A DNA stretch of 64,000 nucleotides from Amoebidium appalachense (GCA_963693365.1 CAVNZM010000012.1:1550001-1614000); one strand, 5' to 3'. Numbered from the stretch's first letter, positions 32,009-57,240 are shown. Made by a program: numbers and translations. The notes: a model not told the origin generated them from the letters alone.

Positions 32009-33524
32009 CGTGTTAAAGAAAACTAAAGAGACAGAGACTCAGTGCTGCAGGGGCCCAAAAGTGGACGATTTGTTCAATGAAGCCCAGAGGTATGTCTTCT
32101 ATATGTAGCTGAGCTTCAGTTATGATTGGTAAACGCAAAACGAACTGCTTCTCCCTTTTTATTTTTACAGAGTGTGTGCAATCTTTTGATGCAAAAATGG
32201 GGGCGCCGACACTTGCATCACACCGTGATGTTCAGTATGTTCCTTCACCGAACAACTTTCAAAAGTCGGTTAAATCACTATTGATGTAATAGTACACGAG
32301 TAGAACAAAAAGATGTTTGCCTATTTCTATTTCCAAAGTTTTATAAACTATACCTACATAGATGATCATGTATGTTTTACTAGTATTTAGAAAAAATCCC
32401 TTGTTCGTTTTTCGTTTTCGCAACAAACTCCGCGAAACACGTGGTGGTGGCGCATGCTACTCATGAAGAACAAAGCGCTTACGAGGCATGATTGGATTGG
32501 TCAGGTACGCACGGTCTGCTACATAAATGGCTATAATTTTGATGATTGAATTGGCGATGAAATTTAATCTGGAACGCGGTAACGGTCAAGGAATGCAAAC
32601 TGGCATGCAGACAGCATTCTTAGAATTTCTTTCTCGACAACACGTGCATGGTTACAATCTATCACATGTGTACATGTATTATGATTTCCATCAACCATAA
32701 CATGGCACAAAAAATAAAACAAATTTACATGCAATTTTTGTTTTTCCCGTCTACATTGCCGACAGCTTACCACGGATGCTTTCTGAGTAAGCTAAAACAC
32801 ACCTTCCCGACGGTTGTCAATGTGAAAGGTTTGTGGGTGAACCACAACACATTCCACCATAAAACATTTCACCAATAAAAATACGCCAGGTCATCATGTC
32901 TCAAATTCCTTTATGCAGCAGAAACAGGGGTTGAATTACGACTCAAAATCGTCGTATTTACGATTAAGCCCAGGGGGTCAACACGACAAACGCTGGGAGG
33001 CGCTGTATTGGTTTATCGTAGCAGTCATATATGCCCCATAGTATATTTTGGTGTGCTTTCATACGAAAACTGGTGTTTTTCTAGGTAAAATTGATCAGGT
33101 GGCTATTTTTGCACTCCAGAGCGGAATATGAAGCCCTGTTTTGCCTGTCGGGACGTAAAATTGCTAACGGAGTGTAAAATTGTAAGAAACTTTTCATTAA
33201 AGTCGGTAATATAGGTGGTCTATACGAGCTTGTAAATGAGATGAACCCCGCCATTACGATTTGAAAATTCCGACAAAACGATTTCGTTTTGGGGTAACAC
33301 GGGTAGCGCAGCCAAACCCGCACAACCCCTGAGCAGAAAAACAAAAACACGAGTTCCACCGTACTTTTTTCTTCAAAAACGCAGCCCCTTCCCCCGATGA
33401 CAACTGAAACTGACGACTGAAAACTTGCTCATCATATCTGTGGATATACATATTCTATGCACCTTCCACCTTACCGCCGTCAAAAACAACCACTGTTATC
33501 CTTCCCTTTTCCACTCTCATCAAC

Positions 33525-43380
<9,856 letters not shown>

Positions 43381-44425
43381 ATGGAATCAGTGACGGCGAC
43401 CAAAGACATACCGGTGCATCCTACGATTTATTACGAGACCCGGAAGAACCTGTAGATTTGTTTGTCCACCCCTCCCATTTGTCCATTTTTTTAGCTCTCT
43501 TTATACCTCTTTCTGTATTTCTCTCTGTCCCTCCCTCCCCCCCCCCCCCCCCCCCCCCCCCCTCCCTTCTCTCTTTCTGTGGGGGGAGGGGCTATGGAAG
43601 CAGAGCATTGACACAATCTGGCATGTATACACACACGTAGGCACACACAGACGTTTCACAGGTGCTTGTACATACACTGCACAACAGCACAATCGTGTGC
43701 ACTCACTGATGCAAATACCGTGACTACTGAAGGCATAGGGGCATGTGTATCATGTTGTGATCACGAGATTTTGAAATTGCTCAATCTTTGCATGCACACT
43801 ACACTGTCTTGCTCTCCATGAATGGTAAATTGTCTTTCTTGTCGAATATACCTGGCATTCCTAGGCCTTATTAAAGAGTTTCATGAACCGATTAATAAAA
43901 CAATTGATTGTTTTCCTGTTAAGAGATTGGTTACCTTTTTCGTTTAACCCTTCTTTTGTAAAATTCTTGTTCTAAATGTTTCCCTAAATTTTTGGTATTC
44001 TTTTTTGCACGATTTGAGCGATGTACCCTCGTTTGTATTACCATAAGCTGGTTTAGACATTATAAAATGTGTGCCCCAAAAAACAGTATTAATAAACAGT
44101 GAAACCCGATCTGTGAATGGGATGGCACCTGCGGCATATCACATCATTCGGGATAACCATAGAGTGTGATATGATGGTGCCAGTACATGTACAGGTTCTC
44201 ATTCACTTTAAGTTAATATTTGTGTTATTATAAAGCATTTTGTGCAGCCGCCTTGCCTTTCTCTTTCTACTCAGGTTATTTCGTAGCTTATGGGATCCTG
44301 GGATAGGAAGCTCGAGAAATCAACTGTGTGCCGATGTGTGTGCAAAAGCAAAATCGTGAGTAGGCGGCACGTGTGCAGGTGTGTGTGTGTTTGTGTGTGT
44401 TTGTGTGTGTCTGCGTGTGTTTTTG

Positions 44426-44463
<38 letters not shown>

Positions 44464-44823
44464 GCTGTGTGTGTGGGTTTGTGTAATGCACGCCTCATGT
44501 GTACGTGTGTGTGCGTGTGCATGTGGGCACACGCGTCATACGCGTGTGCGCGCGCGCGTATCGTGCGCACGGCGTGTGCGTGCGGCGTGCGTGCGTGCGT
44601 GTGTGTGTGTGTACATGTTCGTAGTAGCTCATGTGCGTGCGCATGCGCACGCGCACGGGCGCAGAGGCGGTGGTGGCGGCGGGGGGGGGGGGGAGGGGGG
44701 GGAATGCCTCATGTGCATTCATAAGAGCGTGTGTGCGTGTGCGTGCGTGTGTGTGTGCGTGCTTGCGTGTGTGAGTGAGTGTTTGTAGTTCTTGACGGTG
44801 GTGGTGGTGGTGGTGGTTTGTGT

Positions 44824-44854
<31 letters not shown>

Positions 44855-46061
44855 GGGGGAGGGGGGGGGGGGGGGGGAGGGGGAGAAAGCAGCCTACTAG
44901 GGATCTTTAGCTATCGATGTAGGGAGCGCTTCTAGAGGCGTATGTTGATAGTGCCTGTGACAGCAAATCGTATAAAAGACATGAAATTCGTATTGTAATA
45001 CAGTGAAATATTGTGCTAGCGGCCAAGGTGTGCTCGTGTGCGCGCATACATGTGTGTGTGGGTGTGAGCCAACTACACATGGGTCTCAGTTCGGGTGTGT
45101 GCAGGGGGAGGGCATCTGTGCTCTGTGTAAGTGCGTATTCGTGTGTGTTCTTGTGCGTGCGTGTTGTACGTGCGTGCACGTGTGTGCTTGTGCAAAGGAG
45201 ACTCGAGTGCATTTATGCATATATATAAGCGCCACTGTGTACTGACATACGTAGGGCTTTCGGATCCAGGAGGGCGTGTAGGCTAGGTACAGCCTTGACC
45301 GTCCCCCTCCGAAGTCTTCAAATGAGTTAGATGTATTCGTTTTATTGGCGATTTCGCATTGGTTGAAAACGAACCGCATCTAATCTCAGCCGTGCGGCTA
45401 CAAGCCCCACCCACAGGAATGCTGGGATTGGTCAATCACAAACCCCCCGCAACACGGATGGTCAGCCAGTAGCATGCTGTGGTGTGAGACATAATACATG
45501 CAATAATTCGGGACTCTAAAGACTTGTATAAACAATAAAAGAATATGTGATGCCACTATTTTATTTTTTCGTTTTTGAATGCTCTTTTTTATGGCAAGTG
45601 TCAGCCTCCTTATAAGCTCCAGACGCTGCTCAGAAGTCTTTGAAGGCTGTAGAATGAGGTATTATGATTTGCTATTTATCATGCGTGTAAGTTATTAATG
45701 GAACAAGGTCTGTTAGCGGTGGCAACTTGAAGTGGATTGTCCACGTAGAATGACAGCCGTATACTTGAAACCCATATGCAGTTAAGGCATTATAGGTAGA
45801 TAGAATAAACATATCATTATATATAATTGATAAACGCGTATAAAGACAACTTTCTCTTCAATAAAAGGGGAAAAAACAAACCAAATTGTAACGGTTGCGT
45901 GTTACTGTATGACCGTCTCTCGCGGCTTTTGATTGGGAGCTCTGGAATGCAGCACCCCGTTATGTTTGGAGCACTCCCCACAGTCTACCACTTCACCCAC
46001 AAATCTCCTTCGGTCTTTGGCTCTTTGACGCTGTCACAAAACAGGAAGTTTTGTAGCCCCG

Positions 46062-46116
<55 letters not shown>

Positions 46117-46158
46117 GCGAGCCGGATTCGAATTTGCGCCCGCAAAAATAAAAATAAA

Positions 46159-46198
<40 letters not shown>

Positions 46199-47046
46199 GG
46201 CAGCATCGCCGATCGGATTCGATTAGAGCAATTGTTTTAAAAGCCTATTGTTTAATGGAGCGATTAAACGGGTATTTAACTAAGTAATTTAAAATATATC
46301 ATGTATATGCATTACACCCAAATTCCTCTATGACGTTCCCATTATGTAAACCTCTTACAGCGTTAATATTATCCAAAAATATCAAAAACGAATGCATTGT
46401 ATTATTTTATATAATTCAAGATCATTTTTTGCTACATAGTATATGTTTTTGTGCCATTCACAGACCAGCCACCGCTGAGCCACCAACTTGAAGATTTGCT
46501 TCGTTATAAAAATACCGGTTTTCCATTGGCTAGAAGTTTGGCGGGAAACGCGGGTAGAGCTGTAGGATAAAGCAGACAATTTAAGCATGCTGTATGCTTT
46601 CATCAAAGTCCTGAAAACCAAAACAATATTAATTTGTCGTTTAAAAAAAAACTTTTATCTGTGTATTTGGTTTGTTTGTGTGCTTATATTATTTTTTATC
46701 TTAGGATTCTGAGCAGGGCTAACGACTGGTATTTGCTGCGTTGTAAAATTACCAATTTACCATTGGCTGGATTGTGAGCCCAGAGAATTTTGATGGCGAC
46801 ATCCAATCAGCCAATGAAAAACTGGATAGCTTTTCAATTTGAATCCTTGCCATGGTAGCTACTAGCGGGGAAATTCTAAGTCTACATTGCGTAGACCATT
46901 TGATTACGTCATTCAGTATAGTCTTCCGCCACCGTGGAGGGGCCGACTCTTTGGGGCTAGAAGTTTTGTGTCCAAGGCCCACTATTTTTCCTTGCACTTC
47001 CTTAAACCCAAAAGTTTTTCTTCTCCCGACAAAAACATTCTTTAGA

Positions 47047-47640
47047 ATGGCGGAAACACAAGTCGCACAGCCCCAGCCCGCCCAACCCAACGCCCCAGTC
47101 GGCGGGGCCGCGTCCGCTCCCCCTGCCGGCCAGAGAGTTGCGCTCACACGTGTGGGAGTTAGGATGCTGTTTGACGGCGTGATAAGATCGGAGCTTGTAG
47201 CCCAGGGAAAGAAGAAGTCACCCCTTATTTTCTGGCACAAGGCGAACTTTTCTATCAACCTGCTTGACACTATTGAAGAGTTCAAGCAGCAGGAACAAGT
47301 TTTCGCTCGTCGTGGTCTTACAAGGAGAAAGAATAACATTGGCGAGCCCTCACGCTACTATGACTGTGACGGAGTAAGATACAGTCTTAAGTGGTATGTT
47401 TTCTCCCCGTCAGAAAACGCCGCCGACCTTGAGAAGGTGGCAGATGTTGATAAGGCACCGTGCCCTCTCTACCTGTTTATTGGCAACGTCATTCTTCCTG
47501 GATATGCTTACGTTCAGGTGTTTGAGGAGGGACCTGCTCCCGTTGCGGTGGAGGAAGTGGCTGCTGGGGGTGAAGGTACGAAGACGGACAACGACACGCT
47601 GATGGCCTCTGCTGAGGTGGCAACGGAGGCACCTCAATAG
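47047..47640 (+). CDS. Intronless hypothetical protein, 197 aa
   Basis: High-complexity, GC-richer ORF (MAETQVAQPQP...EAPQ*) inside an AT-rich region, with a globular-looking core and A/P/E-rich tails. CCAAT motifs lie upstream at ~46750-46815. No family recognised. Confidence 0.6.
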   Translation: MAETQVAQPQPAQPNAPVGGAASAPPAGQRVALTRVGVRMLFDGVIRSELVAQGKKKSPLIFWHKANFSINLLDTIEEFKQQEQVFARRGLTRRKNNIGEPSRYYDCDGVRYSLKWYVFSPSENAADLEKVADVDKAPCPLYLFIGNVILPGYAYVQVFEEGPAPVAVEEVAAGGEGTKTDNDTLMASAEVATEAPQ

Positions 47641-48841
47641 ATGGCTAATCGGTTAGCATGTACATGTGCAAGGTGGCTGGGTGAGCGGGCTAGAAGGATA
47701 TACACGTGGATCCCTGTGTGCCACCATATAGGCTCGCGATTATTACGTTAGTGCATCTGCGTATATGAGCAAAACCTTTTCATGTTTCGTAAGTTGGTTT
47801 AGAGAAGGTTTTTCTGTTTTATTTTTTCCGCTGTGAGAATAGAAGGGCGAGGCATGGTTTACAGCAACAACAACGCAGTGAGACAACGTTAAGACTGACT
47901 TTGATTTATGTCTAGCAAGAATGGTTATGGGCTTCGGGGGTACCTTGAAGGTAGCATAAAATAGTAGTTTTTATTCTCATCTTGAATGTCATCAATGGGT
48001 TAAGGCTGTGCCTGCCCTTCTCTTCCTAAACGAAAGACAACATCTCCGGGGAAACAAAGATTGTTACAGGGCCACACTTCTATAGCATACTGTGCGGCGT
48101 ACAGGGGCTGTGCTCAGGATTGTATGAAGACACCATAAGTGGCGGTTCTTCACCCTACACTCCTGTGCTTAGTTCCGATATTGGTAACACGAGACAGTCA
48201 AGATGGTGAGATTTTGCAATATTGTGTTTGCAGGACAAGGTAAAATCATTGGATCCCTCCGAGGCAGGACAGCAGATGCCTAGACATCGTCTCCCTGGAT
48301 CGTCTTCCTTAAGGACAATACATAGACACGATGCACATCAAGTAGTTTCTTTTATTTACTTGCGTTATTTGCTCTTGCATAAGCAGGGACTGCATACATG
48401 GATGAAAAGTGACAGCATGATTATACGCACGTGCATCTCATCCATGACGTTCAGTAAGGCTTGAGCGGAGGAGGAGGGGAGCGCGGTCGCGGGTGCGCGC
48501 AATCGTATTTCATTGTAATTGTTTACGCAAAATCAATTTGACGTCATGCCGTATGAGTAGCCAACATGTACACGTGCACATGCTGTACAGTACTTTGTAG
48601 TTCAGTCAAAGCCGCGCTTTAGAGAGGTCTGAAGTAAGGCGATAGGTTTTAGGCTGATGTTACCACCGGGAGGGGTCACGCTCTTTGGCTTTTCGTAACT
48701 ACAGGGCCAAGAACGTCTTTTGTGGCGCCTGATGCTAAAGCCTGGTTGGCACATCCATTGCAAGGCGCGAGAATTCTTCCAACATAGGCTCTAGATCCAT
48801 ATTCTCTGTAGAGTTTTACATTGTCTACATAAAGCGAAAGA

Positions 48842-50558
48842 ATGGATGGGAAAGAGGCTGAAGCGGTGCCAGCCGCAATTGGAACTGAGACGGTTAAATT
48901 TGAGGACTTTGGTTTGGATGATAGCTTGCTCAGGGCAATCAGCAAGTTGGGATGGGACAAGCCTACACTGATTCAAGGTGTGTAAACCCTTGGCACCTAC
49001 AAGGCGTGACTGTGATATCTTGGAGGTGGAGAGTTGTAGCTTTGTAAACACGCTGATGCATGCACATACACAGGATTTACGGCACCTTGTGTTTTTGCCT
49101 TACTTTTTTTCACGTGTTCGGGCACATAGTAACTTTTGAGCGGACTTGTGAGGGTTCCAACGGGTTCTCAAGTTGTATGTACCAACATGAACACATGCAC
49201 ACACGGAAGCATACGGCTTCTGTCCACTTTAGAGCATGCTCATGTTCCAGAGGGAATTTTCAGTTGCCTCCCCTGCCTCCCCCCTCCCCCCTCCCTCTCT
49301 CCACCCTTATGTAGTTCACCCCCCTCCCCCCTCCCCCCCCCCCCCCCCCCGGGGTTCCCCCTCCTCCCAACCGCTTTTTGCTTCTTGTCACTTCATGTAC
49401 ACATTTATACCCACCTATCTCTTCTTCGATTGCAAGCATGTTCACGTGTTCTGATCTACTGCAACAGCCAAGGGTATCCCCCTTGCACTTGCCGGAAAGG
49501 ATGTCTTGGCCAGAGCACGGACAGGCTCCGGTAAAACGGCCACATATGCCATCCCCATCGTTCAAAAGATTCTCTACGCCAAGCATGTAAGTTTCGCTTG
49601 TATTGAATGTATAAAAGCTTGAAAGTTACTCGGCATAAGGGGAGAGGTGTTTGAACATTATTTGAGAGCAGTTTCTTGTTTTTTGGATCAATGGGAGCCA
49701 TTACTTATTCTTCCATGAGAAATCGCTTTTGTGGAGTTGGTTGATGGGTTGGTTGGAGGGGTTGGAGGGGAGAAAGGGGGGGGGGGGGGGGGGGGGGGGG
49801 AGAGGGAGGGGGGGAGGGGGGGTTGGAGCAATAGTGGCTGTGTAAAAGTGCCGGGCAGGATTGGGTAGGGGAGGTGAGGAAGAGGGGGCAGGGGTGTGTG
49901 TGTGGGGGGGGGGGGATGAAGCAGGGGGAGTAGATGGTGGAGTGGGTAGAGCGGGGGGAGGGGGTTGAGGGGGAGTGTGGAGGGGTCGTGGTGGAGAAAG
50001 GGGGATGGGGGGGGGGGGGGGGGGGGAGGAGGGGAGGGGGGGAGGAGGGAGGGGGGGGGGGGAGGAGAGTGAGGGTGTGTAGTGGGTGCATGGTGTTTTT
50101 GGCGGGGCCGTGTGTGCATGTGGAGCGTGGGGGGGGGGGGGGAGGGGGGGGGCAAGGACAGCACGGAAGGGCAGACAAAAACAATGGGTAGGTGCATTGA
50201 TCGTTATCAATATTTTGGGTGCACGCTCGGTTGTTCTTACCAGACATCACATGCAAATCTGTCTGTGTAAAAAGAGAAAAAGGTATTGACAAAGAGGGAG
50301 TTCACAACTTGTAATAATAAAAGAAGGAATAAGGAAGAGGAAACGACACATGCTTGTATGCATCTTGCTGTTTGAAAGGCGGCAAAGAAACTGACACTTG
50401 CTTGTATCCACCTAGAATCTGGCCAAGGAGCGGGGTGTACGTGGCCTAATCATGGTACCCACTAAGGAGTTGTGTGACCAGGCACTACGCCACGTCAGAG
50501 AGCTAACAGGTGCGTACTAGCGGCTGCCTGTGCATGTTTTGCTCACATGTTCTACTTA

Positions 50559-50603
<45 letters not shown>

Positions 50604-50746
50604 TTCTTCCCTTTTGTCCTCAACCATACTCCCCCCCCCCCCCCCCCCCTTCCCCCCGGGGTGCGAGGAGAACAAGAGGAGAAGAGAACCGAGGTGGAGG
50701 GGATCGTGGGTGGGTTGGGACGGGGAGTGGGATGAGGGGTGGTGGT

Positions 50747-50780
<34 letters not shown>

Positions 50781-51313
50781 AACTCCATGTCTTCGGAGTT
50801 TGTCTATTTTTGATTTGGTACACATTTTTTTATTTGTGGATGGGTTCCAGATTAAAGGGGGCAAGTGGGCATGTAGGCACGTGTATCAGTTCTCGTGTTC
50901 TGTGCCGATGTTGTCTTGCTTTTTATTTTCCCGTTCTTGGTGGTGTTGATGCGATGATGGGAGCAGGCCGGCGACGCTGGGTGACGGAGGGGGTCGGGGG
51001 GGATGGGGGGGGAGGGGGGGGCGGTGGGGGGATGGGGATGGAGTGGAAGCGAGTGTGTATGTATGTGCATGTGTGTGTTTGGGGGGGGGGGGGGGGAGGA
51101 GGGGGGAGGCGAGGATGAGGATGTAATGAATGTTTATAGCTGATGGGTTGTCCCGTGCAGCCTATTGCTCCAAACTGGTAAAGGTGGCTGCTGTGTCGTC
51201 CAACACAGACCTGGCCTCACAAAAGTATAACCCCCCCCCCCCCCCTCTCACCAATGATACCTCTGCATTAGTTTTTTCTCCATTTCTCTGTCCCTCCCCT
51301 CCCCCGCCTCCCT

Positions 51314-51382
<69 letters not shown>

Positions 51383-51610
51383 AGGCATGCTTGCATGCCC
51401 ACACACATACACAGGGCGACACATGCACGCGCACACAAACACACAAACACACACACACACACACACACACGAACACACGAACACACGTACGTGTGGGCAT
51501 GCTCGTGCAGGCACATGCATGCACACACACATTCATGGCAGCATCCTCAACCGCCATTTGTGATCGTTTTTCACATTCCAGCATCCCCAGCATAAGTCGT
51601 ACATCCCCCC

Positions 51611-51641
<31 letters not shown>

Positions 51642-52559
51642 AAAAAAAAAAAAAAAAACCAACCCCAGGATCCCCCTTATTTCTCTACTCTTTACTCTTT
51701 ACTCCCCCCTCCTCCTCGGCTGCCGCCGCCGCCGACCGACCGAAACCACCCTCACCCTTTTTTTTTTTCCCCGGTTTCTAACTGGTTGTCATGAATCTCT
51801 CTTTGCAGGCCAATTCTCCTGGAGAAACCAGACATTCTCATTGCTACCCCTAGCCGTGTGCTTGCACATCTTCGAGCAAAGGTAGCGTTTGGGAGCTTCC
51901 GAGAAATCCACTTGTTGGTTTCATATATTTTTTCCTGACACTATCTTTTTTCTCCTCTAATGTGTCTGCCCTCCTTAATCCCCCTCCCCCCAGACCGCTT
52001 TACTTCCATGCAACCGGGCATGGTTGCTCTGTGTCGTGCATCTGTAAGCACATACGCATTTTTCGCTGCACTGCATTAGTTTGCACCCACATCTTCACCG
52101 TTTTGCTCACCTTGCTTGCATAAGCAACCCTGCTCGTCTTTGATCAAGACGGGTTGACCCGCCCAAGTTCAGTTAATGCTGCTGTCTGAGTTGGAGCGTC
52201 GTATATACGCGGGCTAAGGGGTCGAAACTCAGACGCAATTGATGACTTGGGTCCTCCCTGAGGATGGGCTCTGCTTATGACGCATACTGTGCACATGGCT
52301 GATGTTGCATACTTGAATGTTTGCCTTTGCATGTGTCCTGCACCATGCTTCTTGTCGTGTATGCGTACTTCGTACCGTGTTCCGCATTCAACCCCCCCCC
52401 CCCCCCCCCCCCACCCACCGACACACGCACACATAAAAATAAACACATAAACACATCCTTCAACCACCCACCCACCCAGCTGCATATCTTTGAAACTTTG
52501 AGGAGTGTGTTTGTGTGTGTGCGCGCGCATGTGCAATTGGCGGTGGTGTTGAGGGCGGT

Positions 52560-52616
<57 letters not shown>

Positions 52617-52634
52617 TGGGAGGTGGGGAGGAGT

Positions 52635-52665
<31 letters not shown>

Positions 52666-52832
52666 GGGGGGGGGGAACGGAGCGGGGGGGAGGGGGGGGG
52701 GGGGAAGCGACACCGACATTAGCAGTCGCACATAAAGTAGGCATGTTCGACGCAAAAGCACTGGCATGTACACTTCAAAAGTTATATACGTGCATCCACA
52801 TACCCACATATGCACACACACACACACGCACA

Positions 52833-52885
<53 letters not shown>

Positions 52886-53344
52886 GTCTCTCTCTCTCTC
52901 GCTCTCGCTCTTAACCGTACATAGTACATACGCACCCACGTACGCACTTACACACTGGCTTACACGTACCCACGTACACGTGCACACCCACACCTGCATA
53001 GACCATGCACGTACACACATGCACGTCCACACACGTCCGCACGTACACACGTGTACACACATGCTCACACGCACCCACCCACACACCCACACACAAAATA
53101 CTCGCATACACACGTACACACGTACACGCACAGACGCTGAGCCTCGAGCTAGTTGAGATGGTTGTTATCGACGAGGCCGACCTTCTGTTCTCGTTTGGCT
53201 ACGAGGAGGATTTGAGGTCCCTTTTGGGCTTCCTGCCGTCCATCTTCCAGTCGTTTGTCATGTCTGCTACTCTTACAAAGGTGGGTCCTTTTTTTTTTTT
53301 TTTTTCTTTTCTTTTTTTTTTTTTTGCCAACCTGCGCGCTTCCT

Positions 53345-53388
<44 letters not shown>

Positions 53389-53707
53389 CCGGGAGGATGT
53401 GCTCTGCCTGTAATGCATACTTTATGCGGGTGCGGGTGTAATGTGATGCGTGTGTGCATGTGTAATTGTGGTTTGTACTCTGCATTGTGTTGTTCGTTGT
53501 GAATGTGTACATCTTTCTCTTTAACACATACTAACCTGTCCCCCCCCCCCCCCAAAAAAAAAAAAAAAAAAAAAAAAACCATCCCCGACCCACCCCCCGA
53601 GAATGGGCTCTGCATGTTATGTATACTCTTTTGTGTGGCACCTGCATGGTGTTGTCCGTTATGAATGCGTACTTCGTCCTCTGACCCATACTACATTCAT
53701 AACTATC

Positions 53708-53747
<40 letters not shown>

Positions 53748-54456
53748 TCTCTCTCAGGATGTTGAGGCCCTGAAGACACTAGTGCTGCGCAACCCAGCCA
53801 TACTGAAGCTGGAAGAGTCACATCTGCCCGAGGATACCTATCTGGCACAGCACTTGGTCATGTATGCTCCCCGATACCCCATTCCACGTGTGTGGGTGTG
53901 GGTGTGGGTGGGGGTGGGTAGGTGTGTGTGGGGGGGGAGGGGGGGGAAGGGGGGTATGTGTGTTTGTGCTTGTGTGGGGGTGGGTGTGGGGATGGGGGGG
54001 TGGGTGGGTGCCTATGTGTGTGGTGTGTGTGTGTGTTAGGGCACGGAGGGGGGGGGTAGGGGGAAGCTGTGTCAGGGATGTGATGATGGGTGTGGCTATC
54101 TGTGTCTATGTGTGTGCTTGCGTGTGTCTGTGCTTTGGTGAAAAGCCTGGGTGGAGTGGATCGGGGTTGGTCCTGGTGATATTCCTTTCTTCGTTGTTCA
54201 TTCGTTCGTTGATGTGTCTATTGTTTGTGCTTAATCTTACGGTAATATTACATTACATAGAATGGGGGATAGGGTGCTGCATGCTCCAGTTTTTCCTAAT
54301 TTTCCTTTTGGTTGACAGGTGTGAGGAGGCAGACAAGCTTCTTGTTCTGTACTCACTGCTTGCATTTAAGCTGATCACCGGCAAGATCATTCTGTTCGTC
54401 AACGGCATAGACGCATGCTACAGGGTCAAGGTGGGTGGGTGGGTGGGTGGGTGGGT

Positions 54457-54503
<47 letters not shown>

Positions 54504-54652
54504 GGGAAGGGGGGGGGGGGGTATAGATGTGCATGGGTGTGGGTTGGTGTGAGTGCGTGGGTGTGTGTGTGTACGTATGTGTGTGGATCTGTGCATGCAT
54601 ACACCCACCTCACACCCACTTGCACGCCCACTTTCACATCAGCAGGGCAACA

Positions 54653-54707
<55 letters not shown>

Positions 54708-55808
54708 GCTCTTAGTCGTGTTCCTTCACCTTGGCTATATCAGCTTCTAGAAGACACATAATGTCACTTCTCACTGCAATATGATGCTCTCCCCTTTTTA
54801 TGTTCCAGTTGTGCAAAATTAACATTTACACGTCGTCCCGCAGCTATTTTTGGATCATTTTTGCATCAATGCATGTGTCCTCAACTCAGAACTCCCCCAC
54901 AACTCGAGGTATCTTCCTTCCCCCCCCCTTCCCCCCAAACCCCCAAACCCCCCCCTCCCCCTAAAAAAAAAACAAAAAAACGCTATCACCATCACTTTAT
55001 GATGCATTATCTTTGTGTGCTTGTCACTCTTTGTTATATCCGTCATGAAAGTGTACTGCATAATCAATAACACCATCCCCCCCCCCCCCCCCCCCCCCCC
55101 CCCCCGCGCATCCCTTCTATAATCCCTTTGGTGTCTCTTCTACCTTAACTCCTTTACCCCTCTTACAACCAAACCCACTTCCTCTCAATTTTATCTTGCC
55201 CACTCTTATGTGTTGATGTGGTTTGGGGAATCGCTGTTTTTTGTCGACTTACCTCTGTCTTTGCCTGATTCCGACATATGTGATAGCAATTGTGGTGGGC
55301 AGGTGGGGTGCTTTTGGCCTTTCTTTTTTTAAAAAGAAAAAGAAACCGTCAGCCCCAAACCAAGCAGGCGAATTGCTATTAAAGAAGGGTTTTTTAGGCC
55401 GATTTATGGGCCCTTTTGGGTCAGGCCAAGTTCCTGTTAAATGCACGCCTCGCCAATCATGAAGCGCAAAACTCTTTCGGGTCTGACCCGACCTGAATCC
55501 AAAAGACATCCCCTTTAACATTCTTCTTCTACGCAGACAACACATTGTGTCAGAGTTCAACCGGGGGGTGTACGACATCATCATAGCCAGTGATGAGAAT
55601 CACGAGCTAGATGACGACACAGATGACGAAGATGACGAGGAGGAGGGTAAGTGCTCACTTTCTATAGGGCAATAACGGCATACGTGCACGTGATCGCGCA
55701 CGTGCATGCGCGCATGTGCACACATCAACAATGAGAACATGCTAGATTGCTTGGACAGCACACACACGAGCGCACATACAAAGTGCAGAGTTTTTTTTTT
55801 TTTGTGTA

Positions 55809-55852
<44 letters not shown>

Positions 55853-57185
55853 GGGGGGGGGGGGGGGGGGGCTTGCTCCATGGCATGAAAGGGGGTGAGG
55901 TACGCTCGTCAACGTGTTGGGAAGTGGGTGCAGTCTTGCACAATAGTACACACTCAAACAACGGACACATGGGTGCATGAACACAAATACACACGCACAT
56001 ACGCACACACACACACAAACAAACACACACACTGACACGCACACAGACACACACCCAAAAACACCCGCGGTGGCACGCAGGTTACTCTCTCGTCCATGGT
56101 GTGCATGTAAGCCCACAACCATATTTGACTTACGTGCAGAGATAACCACACACATGCACCACTCACGTGTTCCTTGTCTTGAAATTCATTGTCAGTGATC
56201 GAGTTGGAGTTGCTTTCTTGACTGGTGCAACAAAGGGGGATGTGTGTGTGTGTTTGGAGGAAAGGGAGGGGGGGGGGGGGGGGTTTGTTGTTGAGAGGTT
56301 CAATTTAGAAAATGGGGGATATTTAGGTTTTAACCCTTTACGTTACTGACATGTTTTGTTTCTGTGCAGAGGTGAGGAGGCCTGGAGCAACGGTGAAGGT
56401 TGAGATGGACGGAGAAAACGAAGAGAAGGAAGAGGGGCAGGAAGGGGAAGAAAAGGAAGGGGAGGAGGAGGAAAAGGAGGAGGAGGGGGAGGAGGAGGGA
56501 GAGGGAGAGGAGGATGAGAAGGATGAAGCAAAGATTAAGGAAGAGCTGGATAGAGTGGCGGCAGAAATAGGTGGGTGTATGTGTGGGGGTGAGGGTGGGG
56601 TGTGGATGGGTGGGTGCGGTGGGTGTGTGGGTGGAGGGGGGGGGGGGGGGGGGGGGGCAGATGTGTGTGTGTGTTTTAGGAGGGGGGGGAAGCAAATGAG
56701 TGGGGGTTAAATGGGGGTTAAACGGGGTGTGCGAGCAGAGAGTACATCGGTGTTTGGGTGATGGGTAAGTGGTGCATGCATGTTTGTCTATGTGCACGAA
56801 TGCTGGTGGGAGGGCAGGTTGAGTGTGCGGGTGGAGCGTGTTTGGTGATTGTGTGTGTGTGTGTGTGTGTGTGTGGTGTATCGTTTGTCGTTTGTCTCCC
56901 CCCCCCCCCCCCCCCCTCCCTGTGGGTGTGGGTGGGTGTGGTGGGTAGGCGTGGGCATGTGTGTTTGTGAATGCGGAGATGCATGAGTGTGCCTGTGTAT
57001 TTTGTGTATATATATGATATATATATATATAAATATATATATATGGGGGGGGGGGGAGGGGGGGGGTGAGGGGAGGAGGAGAGGGGGGAAGGGGGCGCAC
57101 ACATGCTCCTGTCTATGTACCCGAGTGCTAGTGGCCTTGGTGCAGCCTGGATGAGCGGGTGGAGCGGGGTGGTGGTGGTGTGTGT

Positions 57186-57240
<55 letters not shown>

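Noticed and set aside
32030-32240. Plus-strand GT-AG intron-like segment just upstream of ATP23
   Set aside because: No convincing ORF or homology; it could be UTR or non-coding and cannot be supported.
52144-52400. Recurrent minus-strand peptide [32 protein letters not shown] as an element-encoded protein
   Set aside because: It recurs only because the DNA repeat recurs. Indels between copies shift the frame, and subfamilies A and C do not keep it.
55305-55513. Possible MITE (ggggtgcttttgg ... ccaaaagacatcccc)
   Set aside because: The TIR is short and imperfect, there is no TSD, and it is single-copy in the window.
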